Positions 1 to 8,634 of a stretch of 64,000 nt of DNA are shown one piece after another. This DNA comes from Deltaproteobacteria bacterium (GTDB lineage Bacteria > Myxococcota_A > Polyangia > Fen-1088). A program made the position numbers and the translations under genes. The stretch lies in the NCBI GenBank assembly GCA_033763315.1, contig JANRKS010000011.1:160001-224000 (forward strand). The letters are read 5' to 3'. Each line of letters starts with the position of its first letter. Positions within the stretch are counted from its first letter, which is position 1. The notes beneath the pieces were generated by a model. The model searched no databases, had not been told where the DNA came from, and was given only the letters and a program-made list of their open reading frames with translations.

Positions 1-590
1 TCAACCTCGATCTTCAACAGGTGGGGCGCGGCTTGTCGCGCGCGGTTTACGGTGTCGGTCAGCGATCCGTTGGCCGCGATGTGGTTGTCTTTGATCAGGA
101 CGCCCGAGCCAAGGTCGAACCGATGGTTGCCGCCGCCGCCGCACAAAACGGCGTACTTTTCCAGCGCCCGGTAGCCAGGCGTGGTCTTACGCGTGTCAAC
201 CACACGCGCGGTGCCGCCACGCGCAGCCTCAACAAAGCGGTCCGTCACGGTGGCCACCGCGCTTAACCGTTGCAGAAAGTTCAACGCCGTACGTTCGGCC
301 GCCAACACGGCGCGCGCAGGGCCTTGCAGCTGGGCCAAAATCTCACCTTTGCCAGCGGCCACGCCGTCTTTGGTTTGGGTGGTCAAGCGCAGCGCAGGTG
401 AAACCCGTGCGGCAACCATCTGCACCACAGGCAGACCGGCCACCACCAAATCTTGGCGGCTCACGAAATTCGCCGTGATCTGCGTTTCGGCGGCGATGGT
501 TGCTGCCGAAGTGACATCGCCGCGGCCGAGATCTTCTTCCAGCGCGAGATCGATGAGCGACAGGGTGTGCGGCGATTGCCAGATATCCAC
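1..590 (-). CDS. nadC: Nicotinate-nucleotide pyrophosphorylase (quinolinate phosphoribosyltransferase), 3' end outside window
   Basis: Manual translation from GTG at 590 (not in ORF track): LALEEDLGRGDVTS...AERTALNFLQRLS...DTRKTTPGYRALEKYAV..GGG.NHRFDL...LIKDNH...KIEVE, the QPRTase motifs. Confidence 0.95.
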   Translation of the reverse strand, partial: MDIWQSPHTLSLIDLALEEDLGRGDVTSAATIAAETQITANFVSRQDLVVAGLPVVQMVAARVSPALRLTTQTKDGVAAGKGEILAQLQGPARAVLAAERTALNFLQRLSAVATVTDRFVEAARGGTARVVDTRKTTPGYRALEKYAVLCGGGGNHRFDLGSGVLIKDNHIAANGSLTDTVNRARQAAPHLLKIEV

Positions 591-652
591 GCGGTTAAAG
601 TAGCAGGCCGCCGCCTGGTGCATCGGCGCGCAAACGGGGTAAAGTGCGCCTT

Positions 653-976
653 ATGTCGAACGTGCCGCCTTCAGATCGAAAGCAAGCCTATGCCCGCCTG
701 GTTGAGTTTTTGCCGCGCGCGATGGAGGATGGTGTTCTAGACGATCGTGAAAAGGCTGAGCTGCTGGAGATTTTCCGCAGCAATCTGCTGACGCCTCAAG
801 ATGTGCGCGAGATTTTCTTGGCACACCTGCACGGCATGGCGGCGGAGGTGATGGCCGATGGCATCATCGAAAAGCATGAGCAAGAGCGCTGCTTGCGTGC
901 GATCCAACAGCTGCGAATTCCACCCAGCTTCGTTCCCGATGAGTTGGCGGCGATCATCGGAACCCAAGTCGACTGA
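653..976 (+). CDS. Small helical protein with two DG(V/I)xxxxE repeats (TerB-like)
   Basis: MEDGVLDDREK and MADGIIEKHEQ; the repeat is seen, the TerB-like call is inference. Confidence 0.55.
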   Translation: MSNVPPSDRKQAYARLVEFLPRAMEDGVLDDREKAELLEIFRSNLLTPQDVREIFLAHLHGMAAEVMADGIIEKHEQERCLRAIQQLRIPPSFVPDELAAIIGTQVD

Positions 977-979
977 GAG

Positions 980-1642
980 TCAGTCCCAGCGTTCGATCGT
1001 CCAGCCACGCGTGCGTGCCGTGCGCTTAAGACGCGGATCGGGGTTCACCACAACCCGGTGGCTGACGCGCTCCAACATCGGCAGGTCGGTGTAAGAATCG
1101 GTGTAGAACCAGCTGGCGTCCAAATTTAGGTGATGTCGCTTTTGCAGCGACTCGGCCCAATGGATCTTGCCGGTGCCATAACACGCGGGCCCTTCGAGGC
1201 GACCGGTGAACAAGCCTTTTTCGACTTCAAGTGACGTGGCGCCCAGGGCATCCATGCCAAGTGATCGCGCGACGGGCCCAACCACATAGATGGGCGAGGT
1301 GGAAAGGATGGCGAGGAATTGCCCCAACTTGCGGTGGCTTTCAATCTTGCGCAGGCCTTCGGGCAAAAGGCGCGGCAGCACCGTGTCTTCCACCCAGCGT
1401 TGGCACATCTCGGCAAACTCGTCCTCGCGTTGCCCCTTGAGAACCTGCACCACGCGCGCGGCCACGGCTTGGATGTCGAGCAGCGCGAAGTGATAGCGCG
1501 CCAGCCACGACAGGGCCTGCAAAGCGCGTCCCATTGAGAGCTCGCCGCGTTTGCGCATATGGCCGACAAACAGCCGCCCCGTGTTGACCGGCACCAACGT
1601 GCGGTCGAGGTCGAAAAAGGCGGCGGGGCGAAGGGCAAGCAT
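980..1642 (-). CDS. HAD-superfamily hydrolase, subfamily IB (SerB-like)
   Basis: FFDLDRTL motif I, ILSTS motif II, K motif III, YTDSYTDLPML motif IV. Confidence 0.9.
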   Translation of the reverse strand: MLALRPAAFFDLDRTLVPVNTGRLFVGHMRKRGELSMGRALQALSWLARYHFALLDIQAVAARVVQVLKGQREDEFAEMCQRWVEDTVLPRLLPEGLRKIESHRKLGQFLAILSTSPIYVVGPVARSLGMDALGATSLEVEKGLFTGRLEGPACYGTGKIHWAESLQKRHHLNLDASWFYTDSYTDLPMLERVSHRVVVNPDPRLKRTARTRGWTIERWD

Positions 1643-1768
1643 CAGGGGAAACTACAACTACAAATATAGATGCATCGTCGGGCCTTTTGTCACTGAACTT
1701 GAGGTGGGGGCGATCCCGGGTTGGGTTTGACTTCGTGGGGGCTCCGCGGTAAAGACGGCGCCATTGAC

Positions 1769-2329
1769 ATGCGCGTAACCGGCGGCCTGGACCGTGGGCG
1801 AAAACTAAAGGCGCCTAAGGGTTTAAAAACGCGGCCTACGGCGTCCAAAGTGCGCGAGGCTGTGTTCAACATCCTGGGCCCCGCGCCTGATGCAGACGTG
1901 CTTGATTTGTTTGCGGGCACGGGCTCGCTGGGCATCGAAGCTTTGTCACGCGGAGCGGCGCACGCGGTGTTTGTTGAGCGTGATCCCCGCGCCTTGGCGG
2001 CCCTGCGACGCAACCTGACTGAGCTTGGCTTCGCGGATCGATCCGTGGTGGTTGGTCGGGAAGTGCAAGCGGCGTTGGCGGATCTGGCGGCCGCGGGCAA
2101 GCGTTTTGCCTGGGTGTTCGTGGATCCGCCCTATGCGGCGGGCGTGGTAGAAGGCGTGCTGCGCGCCATTGGGTGCCATGGCCTCGCTGCGGGGGGAGTG
2201 ATCATCGTGGAACACGACAAACGCAATGTGCCGCCCGACGAAAGCGGCGGATTAATCCTCACCGATCGCCGGTATTACGGGGACACGGGGCTTTCGTTTT
2301 ATCGCTGCCAGCAAGGGTTGTCCGCGTGA
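1769..2329 (+). CDS. rsmD: 16S rRNA (guanine966-N2)-methyltransferase
   Basis: MRVTGG..RGRKL, RPT..KVREAVFN, LDLFAGTGSLGIEALSRGA, FVDPPY; usual rsmD-coaD order. Confidence 0.95.
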   Translation: MRVTGGLDRGRKLKAPKGLKTRPTASKVREAVFNILGPAPDADVLDLFAGTGSLGIEALSRGAAHAVFVERDPRALAALRRNLTELGFADRSVVVGREVQAALADLAAAGKRFAWVFVDPPYAAGVVEGVLRAIGCHGLAAGGVIIVEHDKRNVPPDESGGLILTDRRYYGDTGLSFYRCQQGLSA

Positions 2330-2838
2330 GCCGGGCGCCGATGATTGCTGTTTACCCTGGCACGTTCGACCCCATAACGAACGGCCACGTAGACATTCTC
2401 AAGCGTGCGGTGCCCCTGTGCGACAAGGTCATCGTGGCGGTGGCCAATAATGTGCGCAAGTCGCCGTTGTTTACGGTCGAAGAACGCATACGTATGGTTC
2501 GCGACGCCGTGGGCGACGATCCGCGCATTGAGGTTGATTCGTTCTCGGGGCTGCTGGTGGATTACGTCCGCAAGCAAGGGGGGCGGGCGGTGATCCGCGG
2601 CCTGCGCGCCATCGCTGATTTCGAGTATGAGTTTCAGTTCGCGCACATGAACCGGCACCTGGCGCCCGACGTGGAAACGATTTTCTTGATGACAAGCGAG
2701 GAAAGCTTTTATGTGTCTTCCTCTTTGGTAAAAGAAGTCGCCAGCATGGGGGGCGACATCACCCGCATTGCTCCGCCGGCCGTCGTGGCCGCTTTGAAAC
2801 AGAAACTCAACACCACCACACAGGGACCCTCGCGATGA
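2326..2838 (+). CDS. coaD: Pantetheine-phosphate adenylyltransferase
   Basis: YPGTFDPITNGH, IRGLRA..DFEYE, SSSLVKE; GTG overlaps the rsmD stop. Confidence 0.97.
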   Translation: MSRAPMIAVYPGTFDPITNGHVDILKRAVPLCDKVIVAVANNVRKSPLFTVEERIRMVRDAVGDDPRIEVDSFSGLLVDYVRKQGGRAVIRGLRAIADFEYEFQFAHMNRHLAPDVETIFLMTSEESFYVSSSLVKEVASMGGDITRIAPPAVVAALKQKLNTTTQGPSR

Positions 2839-4031
2839 AATTGTCGAAGCGTTTGGACGTGATTGAACCGTCGATGACCTTGAAGGTCACCCAAAGGGCC
2901 GCCGAGCTGAAGGCCAAAGGGATCGACGTTGTCAGCTTTGGGGCCGGGGAGCCCGACTTCGACACGCCCGCTCACATCAAAGAGGCGGCCAAGCGCGCGC
3001 TTGACGCAGGCGCCACAAAGTACACGGCGGTGCCGGGCACGCCTGAATTGCGTAAGGCCGTGGCCGCGTGGTTCGCCAAAGATCACGGCATCGAAGTGCC
3101 CGTGAACGAAGTCATGGTGTCCGCGGGCGCCAAGCAAGTGATCTACAACGCCTTCCAGGCGGTTTTGGACGAAGGCGACGAAGTGATTTTGCCCGCGCCT
3201 TACTGGGTGAGCTACTCCGAGATCGCAAAGCTGGCGGGCGGCGTGCCGGTGCCGGTGTCGTCATCGGCGGCGGATAATTTCATCGTGCGCCCTGAAGCCA
3301 TCGAGGCTGCGATCACGCCGAAGACAAAAATGATCGTCGTGGTTTCGCCCAGCAATCCCACGGGCGCGGTTTACCCCGAAGCCACGCTGCGCGCGATCTC
3401 GGATCTCGTTGTGAAGCACAACTTGTGGATGCTGACCGACGACATCTACCGTTACCTTTGCTACGGCGACGCGAAATTCACGCAACCGGTGACGTTTGGC
3501 CCCGAAGTGCGCAAGCGTACAATCGTGGCCGACGGCGTGTCGAAGGCGTACGCGATGACGGGGTGGCGCATTGGCTTTGCTTTGGCGCCCAAGGACGTCA
3601 TCGAAGCGATGAACACGCTGCAAGGTCAATCCACCACGAACGCGGCGGCGGTTTCGCAAGCGGCGGCTTTGGCGGCCATCACGGGCCCGCAGGATGAAGT
3701 GGAACGCATGCGCGTGGAGTTCGACAAGCGCCGCCAATACATGGTGCGCGGCCTCAACAGCATGCCAGGCGTCAAATGCACCGAGCCGATGGGCGCGTTC
3801 TACTGCTTCCCCGACGTGTCTGCCTACAACGGCAAGTCCACGCCTGATGGCAAAGTGATCGCGAGCGATCTGGATCTCTGTGACTACTTGATCACCGAGG
3901 GCCGCGTGGCCTTGGTTCCAGGCAGCGCCTTCTTTGCGCCAGGGTTCGTGCGTTTGTCGTACGCAACGTCGCAAGCCAACATCGAAAAGGGCTTGGCCCG
4001 CATCGGTGAGGCACTGGCGAAGCTCAAGTAA
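2835..4031 (+). CDS. aspC: PLP-dependent class I/II aminotransferase (aspartate aminotransferase type)
   Basis: GEPDFDTP, SPSNPTG, DDIY, SKAYAMTGWRIG (PLP lysine). Confidence 0.9.
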   Translation: MKLSKRLDVIEPSMTLKVTQRAAELKAKGIDVVSFGAGEPDFDTPAHIKEAAKRALDAGATKYTAVPGTPELRKAVAAWFAKDHGIEVPVNEVMVSAGAKQVIYNAFQAVLDEGDEVILPAPYWVSYSEIAKLAGGVPVPVSSSAADNFIVRPEAIEAAITPKTKMIVVVSPSNPTGAVYPEATLRAISDLVVKHNLWMLTDDIYRYLCYGDAKFTQPVTFGPEVRKRTIVADGVSKAYAMTGWRIGFALAPKDVIEAMNTLQGQSTTNAAAVSQAAALAAITGPQDEVERMRVEFDKRRQYMVRGLNSMPGVKCTEPMGAFYCFPDVSAYNGKSTPDGKVIASDLDLCDYLITEGRVALVPGSAFFAPGFVRLSYATSQANIEKGLARIGEALAKLK

Positions 4032-4053
4032 GGCGGCGTTGACGTAAGAACGC

Positions 4054-4078
4054 ACGGCGGCTCGCAAGGGGCCGCCGT
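4054..4078. terminator. GC-rich hairpin between convergent genes
   Basis: ACGGCGGC-TCGCAAGGG-GCCGCCGT inverted repeat between the aspC and Uma2 stops; no clear U-tract. Confidence 0.5.
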
Positions 4079-4084
4079 AAGGCG

Positions 4085-4666
4085 CTAACCAGACGATGAC
4101 TGTACGTTGGCCCACAAGGCGCCCAAATCGAATTCGATGGCGTCGAATGGTTGCGCCCGGATGCGAACGTCATCGAGGTGCGTGCCCCGCAAGATCCACT
4201 GCCCGTCAGCACCAAGCTGCAAGATCTCCAGTGTCCGTTGACTTGGGTTAACGAGCCACACCCAAGGCACCTTCTCACGCGCGTACACGCCAAGCTTTTG
4301 CCCACGATCAAATCGTTCGGTTCCGGGACTCAGAACTTCGGCAATCCAATCGGGCGGGACGGTTGAAAAAGCGGTGTTTGGTATTTCTTCCATGCGGGGC
4401 TGACGCCACCCTGCAAGGTCAGGAACGAGAACATCAGCGCCGAGATGAAGCTCCGGCTCATAAAGCAGAATCCAACCGCCGGGCCCTCCTTTCCCACGCT
4501 TAAATGGCGGCCCCAGCTCTTCACTTAGAGCCGTCGCTGCCGCGGAGTGAGGCAGGCTCGGGCGCGGGTGCAGATGCAAGTCTCCGTTCACCACCTCAGC
4601 CACCATGTGTGGCGGAGCGTTAAGAACGTCTTCATACGAAGCCGTGCGCCGTGCCGGATGTGCCAT
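4085..4666 (-). CDS. Uma2 family endonuclease-like protein
   Basis: AEVVNGDL, EPELHL..DVLVPDLAGWR, PDWIAEVLSPGT..FDR..KL.VYA. Confidence 0.9.
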   Translation of the reverse strand: MAHPARRTASYEDVLNAPPHMVAEVVNGDLHLHPRPSLPHSAAATALSEELGPPFKRGKGGPGGWILLYEPELHLGADVLVPDLAGWRQPRMEEIPNTAFSTVPPDWIAEVLSPGTERFDRGQKLGVYAREKVPWVWLVNPSQRTLEILQLGADGQWILRGTHLDDVRIRAQPFDAIEFDLGALWANVQSSSG

Positions 4667-4782
4667 TCGCACTTAAAGATACCATTAGGCACGGGGGATG
4701 TCGGCGCCAACATAAGGCAGGGAGCTTGCATCACCCACTGCAACGTCGACTCTGAGCGGGGACCTTAAGAGCTTGCCCGCGG

Positions 4783-6420
4783 TCAGCGGGCGACCACGTC
4801 CACGGCCATCGTGGCGGCTTGTTCTAATGCTTGAACGGTGGTTGTGGCCGCCTTGCCCCTCGATTCCACCTTCGTGCGGTATTGCCACCAGGCGTGGGCC
4901 TTTTCCTCATCCCACGATGAGGCTTCAGGCAGCGCTTCCAACGCGCGCTTAAGAGCCATGGCGCTGGCGGGGCGGCCTTCGGGTGTTTTGGCCAAGCAGT
5001 TGAGGATCAAAGCATCCAATTCTTTTGATAACGGCGTAGGCGCAAACAGCGAGGGCGCGCGGGGTGTGTTAGCGATGTGGCGTGCCAGCATTTGCACTGG
5101 CGAATCAGCATCGAACGGCAGCCTTTGGGTCAGCAGGAAATAGGCGCTGACACCCATCGCATAAAGATCACTGGCGGGTCCCACGGCGTGTGGCGTTTGA
5201 ATGCTTTCAGGCGACATATAGGCCGGCGTGCCCATCACCGACCGCGCGTCGTGGGCGCTTTCATCCACGTGAACGAAGTCTCGAACCAAACCGAAATCAA
5301 GCACCTTCACCACGTCGGGCACGCCCGCGCGACACGTGAGGAAGATGTTGCTTGGCTTGATGTCACGGTGAACCAATCCTCGCGTGTGCGCTTCGGACAA
5401 AGCGGCGCACGCTTGGCTCAACATGTGGATCACGCGGCCCGGTGGCTGCGCACCATAGGTTGTCGTCAACACCTCTAAGTCCAAGCCCTCGAGCATCTCC
5501 ATCGCGTAATAGAAGATGCCGTCGACGCTGCGGCCATAATCGTAGATCGCGATCGTGTTGGGGTGGGTGAGGGCGGCAGCGTGCTGCACCTCATGCTCGA
5601 AGCGGCGGATGTTCTCGGCGCCGGCTTTGTCTGGCGGCAACAACTTCACGGCGGTGTCGCGGCGAAGCAGCGCGTGCCTCGCGCGGTAAACAACGCCCAT
5701 GCCACCTTCGCCAATCTTTGCCAGCAGCACATATTGCCCCAACACGCGCGCTTGAGCCGCCGCACGTCGCAATTCATACAAAAGGCCTGAACCATAACCG
5801 GCCAGCGCACACAAGGCGCCGGACCACAGCACAAGGAAGCCCAATTGCAGCGACCGCGGTGCTAACAGATCTTCCGGGCGAAAGACGGCGATCAGCACGT
5901 TCGCCAACAGTACCGGCGTGCAGGCGGCCATCGTGATCCAGGTGGTGCGTCGGGCGGTGCTGGGCACGAACAACGTGCGGCCAAACACTTTAAGTGCCGT
6001 GCCCACGAACGCGCCCACTTGCGCGATCGGCAACTCGAACATGATGAAGGCGCTGCCGCCCATGAATAGCGTGGGGGCCAACGTGCCCAATAGATCCAGC
6101 GCCAGGAGCGTTCGCGCAGGCAACGGCGCGTGCGTGGTCATCACGGCGATGACGGCCAACAACACCACGGCCGCGGCTGCCAGCGCCAGAGCTGATCCGA
6201 CGGGCTGCGGGCGTCCGCCAATCACACCTAGGCGCAAGATGATGAGGAACGCGGCGTAGGCGGCCGTGAGAACCAACAGTGTCCGAGCAAAGATGCCGAG
6301 GCGAAGCTGCAGAACGGCGCGGCCCTCGTCAGTGTTGGGCGCATACCCAACCGAGCCGCCGGAGCTGTTCACCGGTGGTTGAAGAGCAAGCGCGTCGGAA
6401 GATGCGGTTTGGTTTTGCAT
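4783..6420 (-). CDS. Membrane-anchored Ser/Thr protein kinase (multi-TM N-terminus)
   Basis: GEGGMGVVY, AVKLL, HRDIKPSN, DFGL, GTPAYMSPE; about 6 hydrophobic segments upstream; start at ATG 6420 is uncertain. Confidence 0.9.
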   Translation of the reverse strand: MQNQTASSDALALQPPVNSSGGSVGYAPNTDEGRAVLQLRLGIFARTLLVLTAAYAAFLIILRLGVIGGRPQPVGSALALAAAAVVLLAVIAVMTTHAPLPARTLLALDLLGTLAPTLFMGGSAFIMFELPIAQVGAFVGTALKVFGRTLFVPSTARRTTWITMAACTPVLLANVLIAVFRPEDLLAPRSLQLGFLVLWSGALCALAGYGSGLLYELRRAAAQARVLGQYVLLAKIGEGGMGVVYRARHALLRRDTAVKLLPPDKAGAENIRRFEHEVQHAAALTHPNTIAIYDYGRSVDGIFYYAMEMLEGLDLEVLTTTYGAQPPGRVIHMLSQACAALSEAHTRGLVHRDIKPSNIFLTCRAGVPDVVKVLDFGLVRDFVHVDESAHDARSVMGTPAYMSPESIQTPHAVGPASDLYAMGVSAYFLLTQRLPFDADSPVQMLARHIANTPRAPSLFAPTPLSKELDALILNCLAKTPEGRPASAMALKRALEALPEASSWDEEKAHAWWQYRTKVESRGKAATTTVQALEQAATMAVDVVAR

Positions 6421-6671
6421 GGAAGGCGCCGGCCGGTTTATCGGCGGGTGTCGGTGACGCATCAAGCACGCGGTGCGTTGCGTGCCGGGGGCGCTGCGCG
6501 GTGGCCCAGAATGGATCTTCTTGATTGCCTCGAAGCGAACAACGAAAGGGACTGACTTGTAAGGGCGTCGCCGCCGAAGCTCAGCCATGCGGAACTGGCT
6601 GCGAGGAGTGATGGGCGCCGTGCTTCCTAGTAAGTATCGGGCTGCATTTCGTGGTGTGGGGACCCACGTGA

Positions 6672-6751
6672 CCCAGGTATAGTGTCGCCAGAATGCTAGC
6701 GATAAGGTCGAAGTTGGGTCATGGCAACGGTGCAGGGGAGCGGGTGAACCA
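6672..6751 (+). repeat. Copy 1 of an imperfect 80-100 bp direct repeat (copy 2 at 8091-8188)
   Basis: Shared blocks CCCAnGTATAGTGTCGCC, AGCGAYAAGnTCGAWGTTGGGT and ATGGCAACGGTGCRGGGG. Confidence 0.8.
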
Positions 6752-6868
6752 CACAAGTGCCCCTCTGACAGGCCAACCTTCATTTCCGTTCCGGAAGGCG
6801 CTATCGAGCGGGTTCTGGAGCATGGGTTGATAGCCGGATGCCATCCCGGACGAGTTTAGGGAGACAAA

Positions 6869-7627
6869 ATGTATCTGACGCTGAAGCTTGGCGACCGCCT
6901 CCCCAGTGTGGCGCTTGCGCAATCGTGTTTGCTCGAGGCAGGTGCTGAAATGCTCGCCGTCGATGGAATCTTCGGCCCCAAGACCTACGAGTGCGTCCGT
7001 AGGTTCCAGCGAGAGAAGGGCTTGGCGTCGTCTGGTCGCATCGAGCATCACACCTGGCGGGCGCTCTTCGCCGCGAAACCGCAACTTGCAGTTGAAGTGA
7101 TTGACGCATCGGAAATCACCGTCCTTGAAGATGATGGCCCGTACCTTGATACCGGCGGCTCAAACATTCTGGTCAATTACGGAATGTCAAAAGGAGCAAT
7201 CACATTGATCGAAACTCTGGTCGCCAAGTACGCGCCGCGATCGATTTCCCTGCTTCGTTTTCACGGTCACGGAGGCCCAGGTGAAATGCGTATCGCGGGC
7301 GGCGGCCCAGGCGTTCGAGGAACATCGTCTTTCGCAGCCGGGCATTTCAAACTTCCGCGAGCGATCGAATACTTTCGTAAACTGGGGCGCGTCATGAAGC
7401 CGTACGGCAGTATGGAATTTCACGGGTGCCGGGTCGGGCAAGGTGCGCAGGGGAAACGCCTACTGGCCGGGATTGCAATGGCGTGTGACGTTCCTGCTAG
7501 TGCGGGGGTGGGGACTCAGTATGGCGGCAAGAAGTCCGACAGATTTGAGGGCATCACTGTCACACACTTTCCTCGTTCGTTGTCCCTGAAGGCTTGGGCC
7601 CAAACTGCATTCAACTCTTGCCAATAG
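6869..7627 (+). CDS. Peptidoglycan-binding domain fused to a DUF4347/caspase-like His-Cys domain
   Basis: VDGIFGPKTYECVRRFQREKGL..SG.I..HTW (PG_binding_1); FHGHGGPG and FHGCRVG; GGGAG RBS. Confidence 0.7.
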   Translation: MYLTLKLGDRLPSVALAQSCLLEAGAEMLAVDGIFGPKTYECVRRFQREKGLASSGRIEHHTWRALFAAKPQLAVEVIDASEITVLEDDGPYLDTGGSNILVNYGMSKGAITLIETLVAKYAPRSISLLRFHGHGGPGEMRIAGGGPGVRGTSSFAAGHFKLPRAIEYFRKLGRVMKPYGSMEFHGCRVGQGAQGKRLLAGIAMACDVPASAGVGTQYGGKKSDRFEGITVTHFPRSLSLKAWAQTAFNSCQ

Positions 7628-7633
7628 CAGCAC

Positions 7634-7960
7634 TCAAAACTCGACGTCCTGCTCTAGCTCTTCCTTGGGAATGCAGCGTGAAGGTCGCTTGCCGTCCTTC
7701 TCCGGGGGGCAATCGCTTTCCGGCTTGATCTGTTTTTTTGCTGACGACGGCGAATCGACCTTCGCAGCTGGCCCCGCCTCGCGCGCCCCGTCTTGGCTGC
7801 GACTACCCGCATCCTCACTCGCTGGCAGCACGGACCTAACGATCGGAGGCGAGTCGAAGACATCCTCCGGCTGGCGGTTTGGACTACGGCAAGCGTACAT
7901 ACTTGCAACGAAAGCAGCAAGGAATGCGGGGCAATTGAATACTTTCGTCGTCATGGGCAC
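7634..7960 (-). CDS. Small hypothetical lipoprotein
   Basis: Hydrophobic N-terminus ending MYAC; C-terminal Cys pair; convergent with the upstream gene. Confidence 0.5.
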   Translation of the reverse strand: MPMTTKVFNCPAFLAAFVASMYACRSPNRQPEDVFDSPPIVRSVLPASEDAGSRSQDGAREAGPAAKVDSPSSAKKQIKPESDCPPEKDGKRPSRCIPKEELEQDVEF

Positions 7961-8090
7961 CAGCTTACGGTTCTGAGTTTACACGAAATACTTTAGCGCT
8001 CGGGTGGTATTCAAAAGCGGTGAAGGGGGCCGCCGGAAGGTTTTGAAGGAGTCACCAGCGGTTCGTCAACGGCTGCAGCCACGCGGCCTC

Positions 8091-8188
8091 CCCATGTATA
8101 GTGTCGCCTTCAATGCACGCCTGCGAAGTGTCAGCGACAAGTTCGATGTTGGGTATGATGGCAACGGTGCGGGGGCTGGGCTGATCCA
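8091..8188 (+). repeat. Copy 2 of the direct repeat, immediately upstream of the hsdM' start
   Basis: Same blocks as 6672-6751 with an approximately 15 nt insertion; contains TATAGT (-10-like). Confidence 0.8.
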
Positions 8189-8634
8189 TGGCGATCAAGA
8201 AGTCCGACCTCTATTCGTCGCTGTGGGCCTCATGTGACGAGCTGCGCGGAGGCATGGATGCCTCGCAGTACAAGGACTACGTCCTGGTGCTGCTGTTCAT
8301 GAAGTACGTATCGGATAAGGCGCAAAGCCAGAAGAACTATCTGCTGGACGTGCCCAAGGGTGAGAACATCATCCTTCGAACAATGACCGGGAGCACCTTC
8401 CAGAGGGTTCTCAAGGACAACGCCTCGGGTTCAACAGCGACAGGCATTCAGCGAAGGCGGCTCGAAACCTTAGAATTGAACCTTCCGCCCGTGGTGGAAC
8501 AAATCGCCATTGCCGCCATCCTCTCCGATATGGACGCCGAGCTCGCCGCCCTGGAACAACGCCGCGACAAAACGCGCCTTCTCAAGCAGGGCATGATGCA
8601 AGAACTTCTCACCGGAAGAACGCGCCTCATATGA
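8188..8634 (+). pseudogene. hsdM/hsdS: In-frame fusion of type I RM HsdM N-terminus and HsdS C-terminus (internal deletion)
   Basis: MAIKKSDLYSSLWASCDELRGGMDASQYKDYVLVLLF.KYVSDK (HsdM N-terminus) joined near 8360 to LPP..EQIAIAAILSDMDAELAALE....KT..LKQGMMQELLTG.TRL (HsdS C-terminus); no methyltransferase motifs. Confidence 0.85.

Noticed and set aside
21-603. Plus-strand ORFs 21-266 and 181-603
   Set aside because: Antisense to nadC, which the track missed because it runs off the window
6421-6783. Long N-terminal extensions in the ORF track (kinase; also 27815, 32580, 41713, 53315, 62822)
   Set aside because: They overlap neighbours or regulatory DNA; downstream starts fit an RBS, signal peptide or family start better
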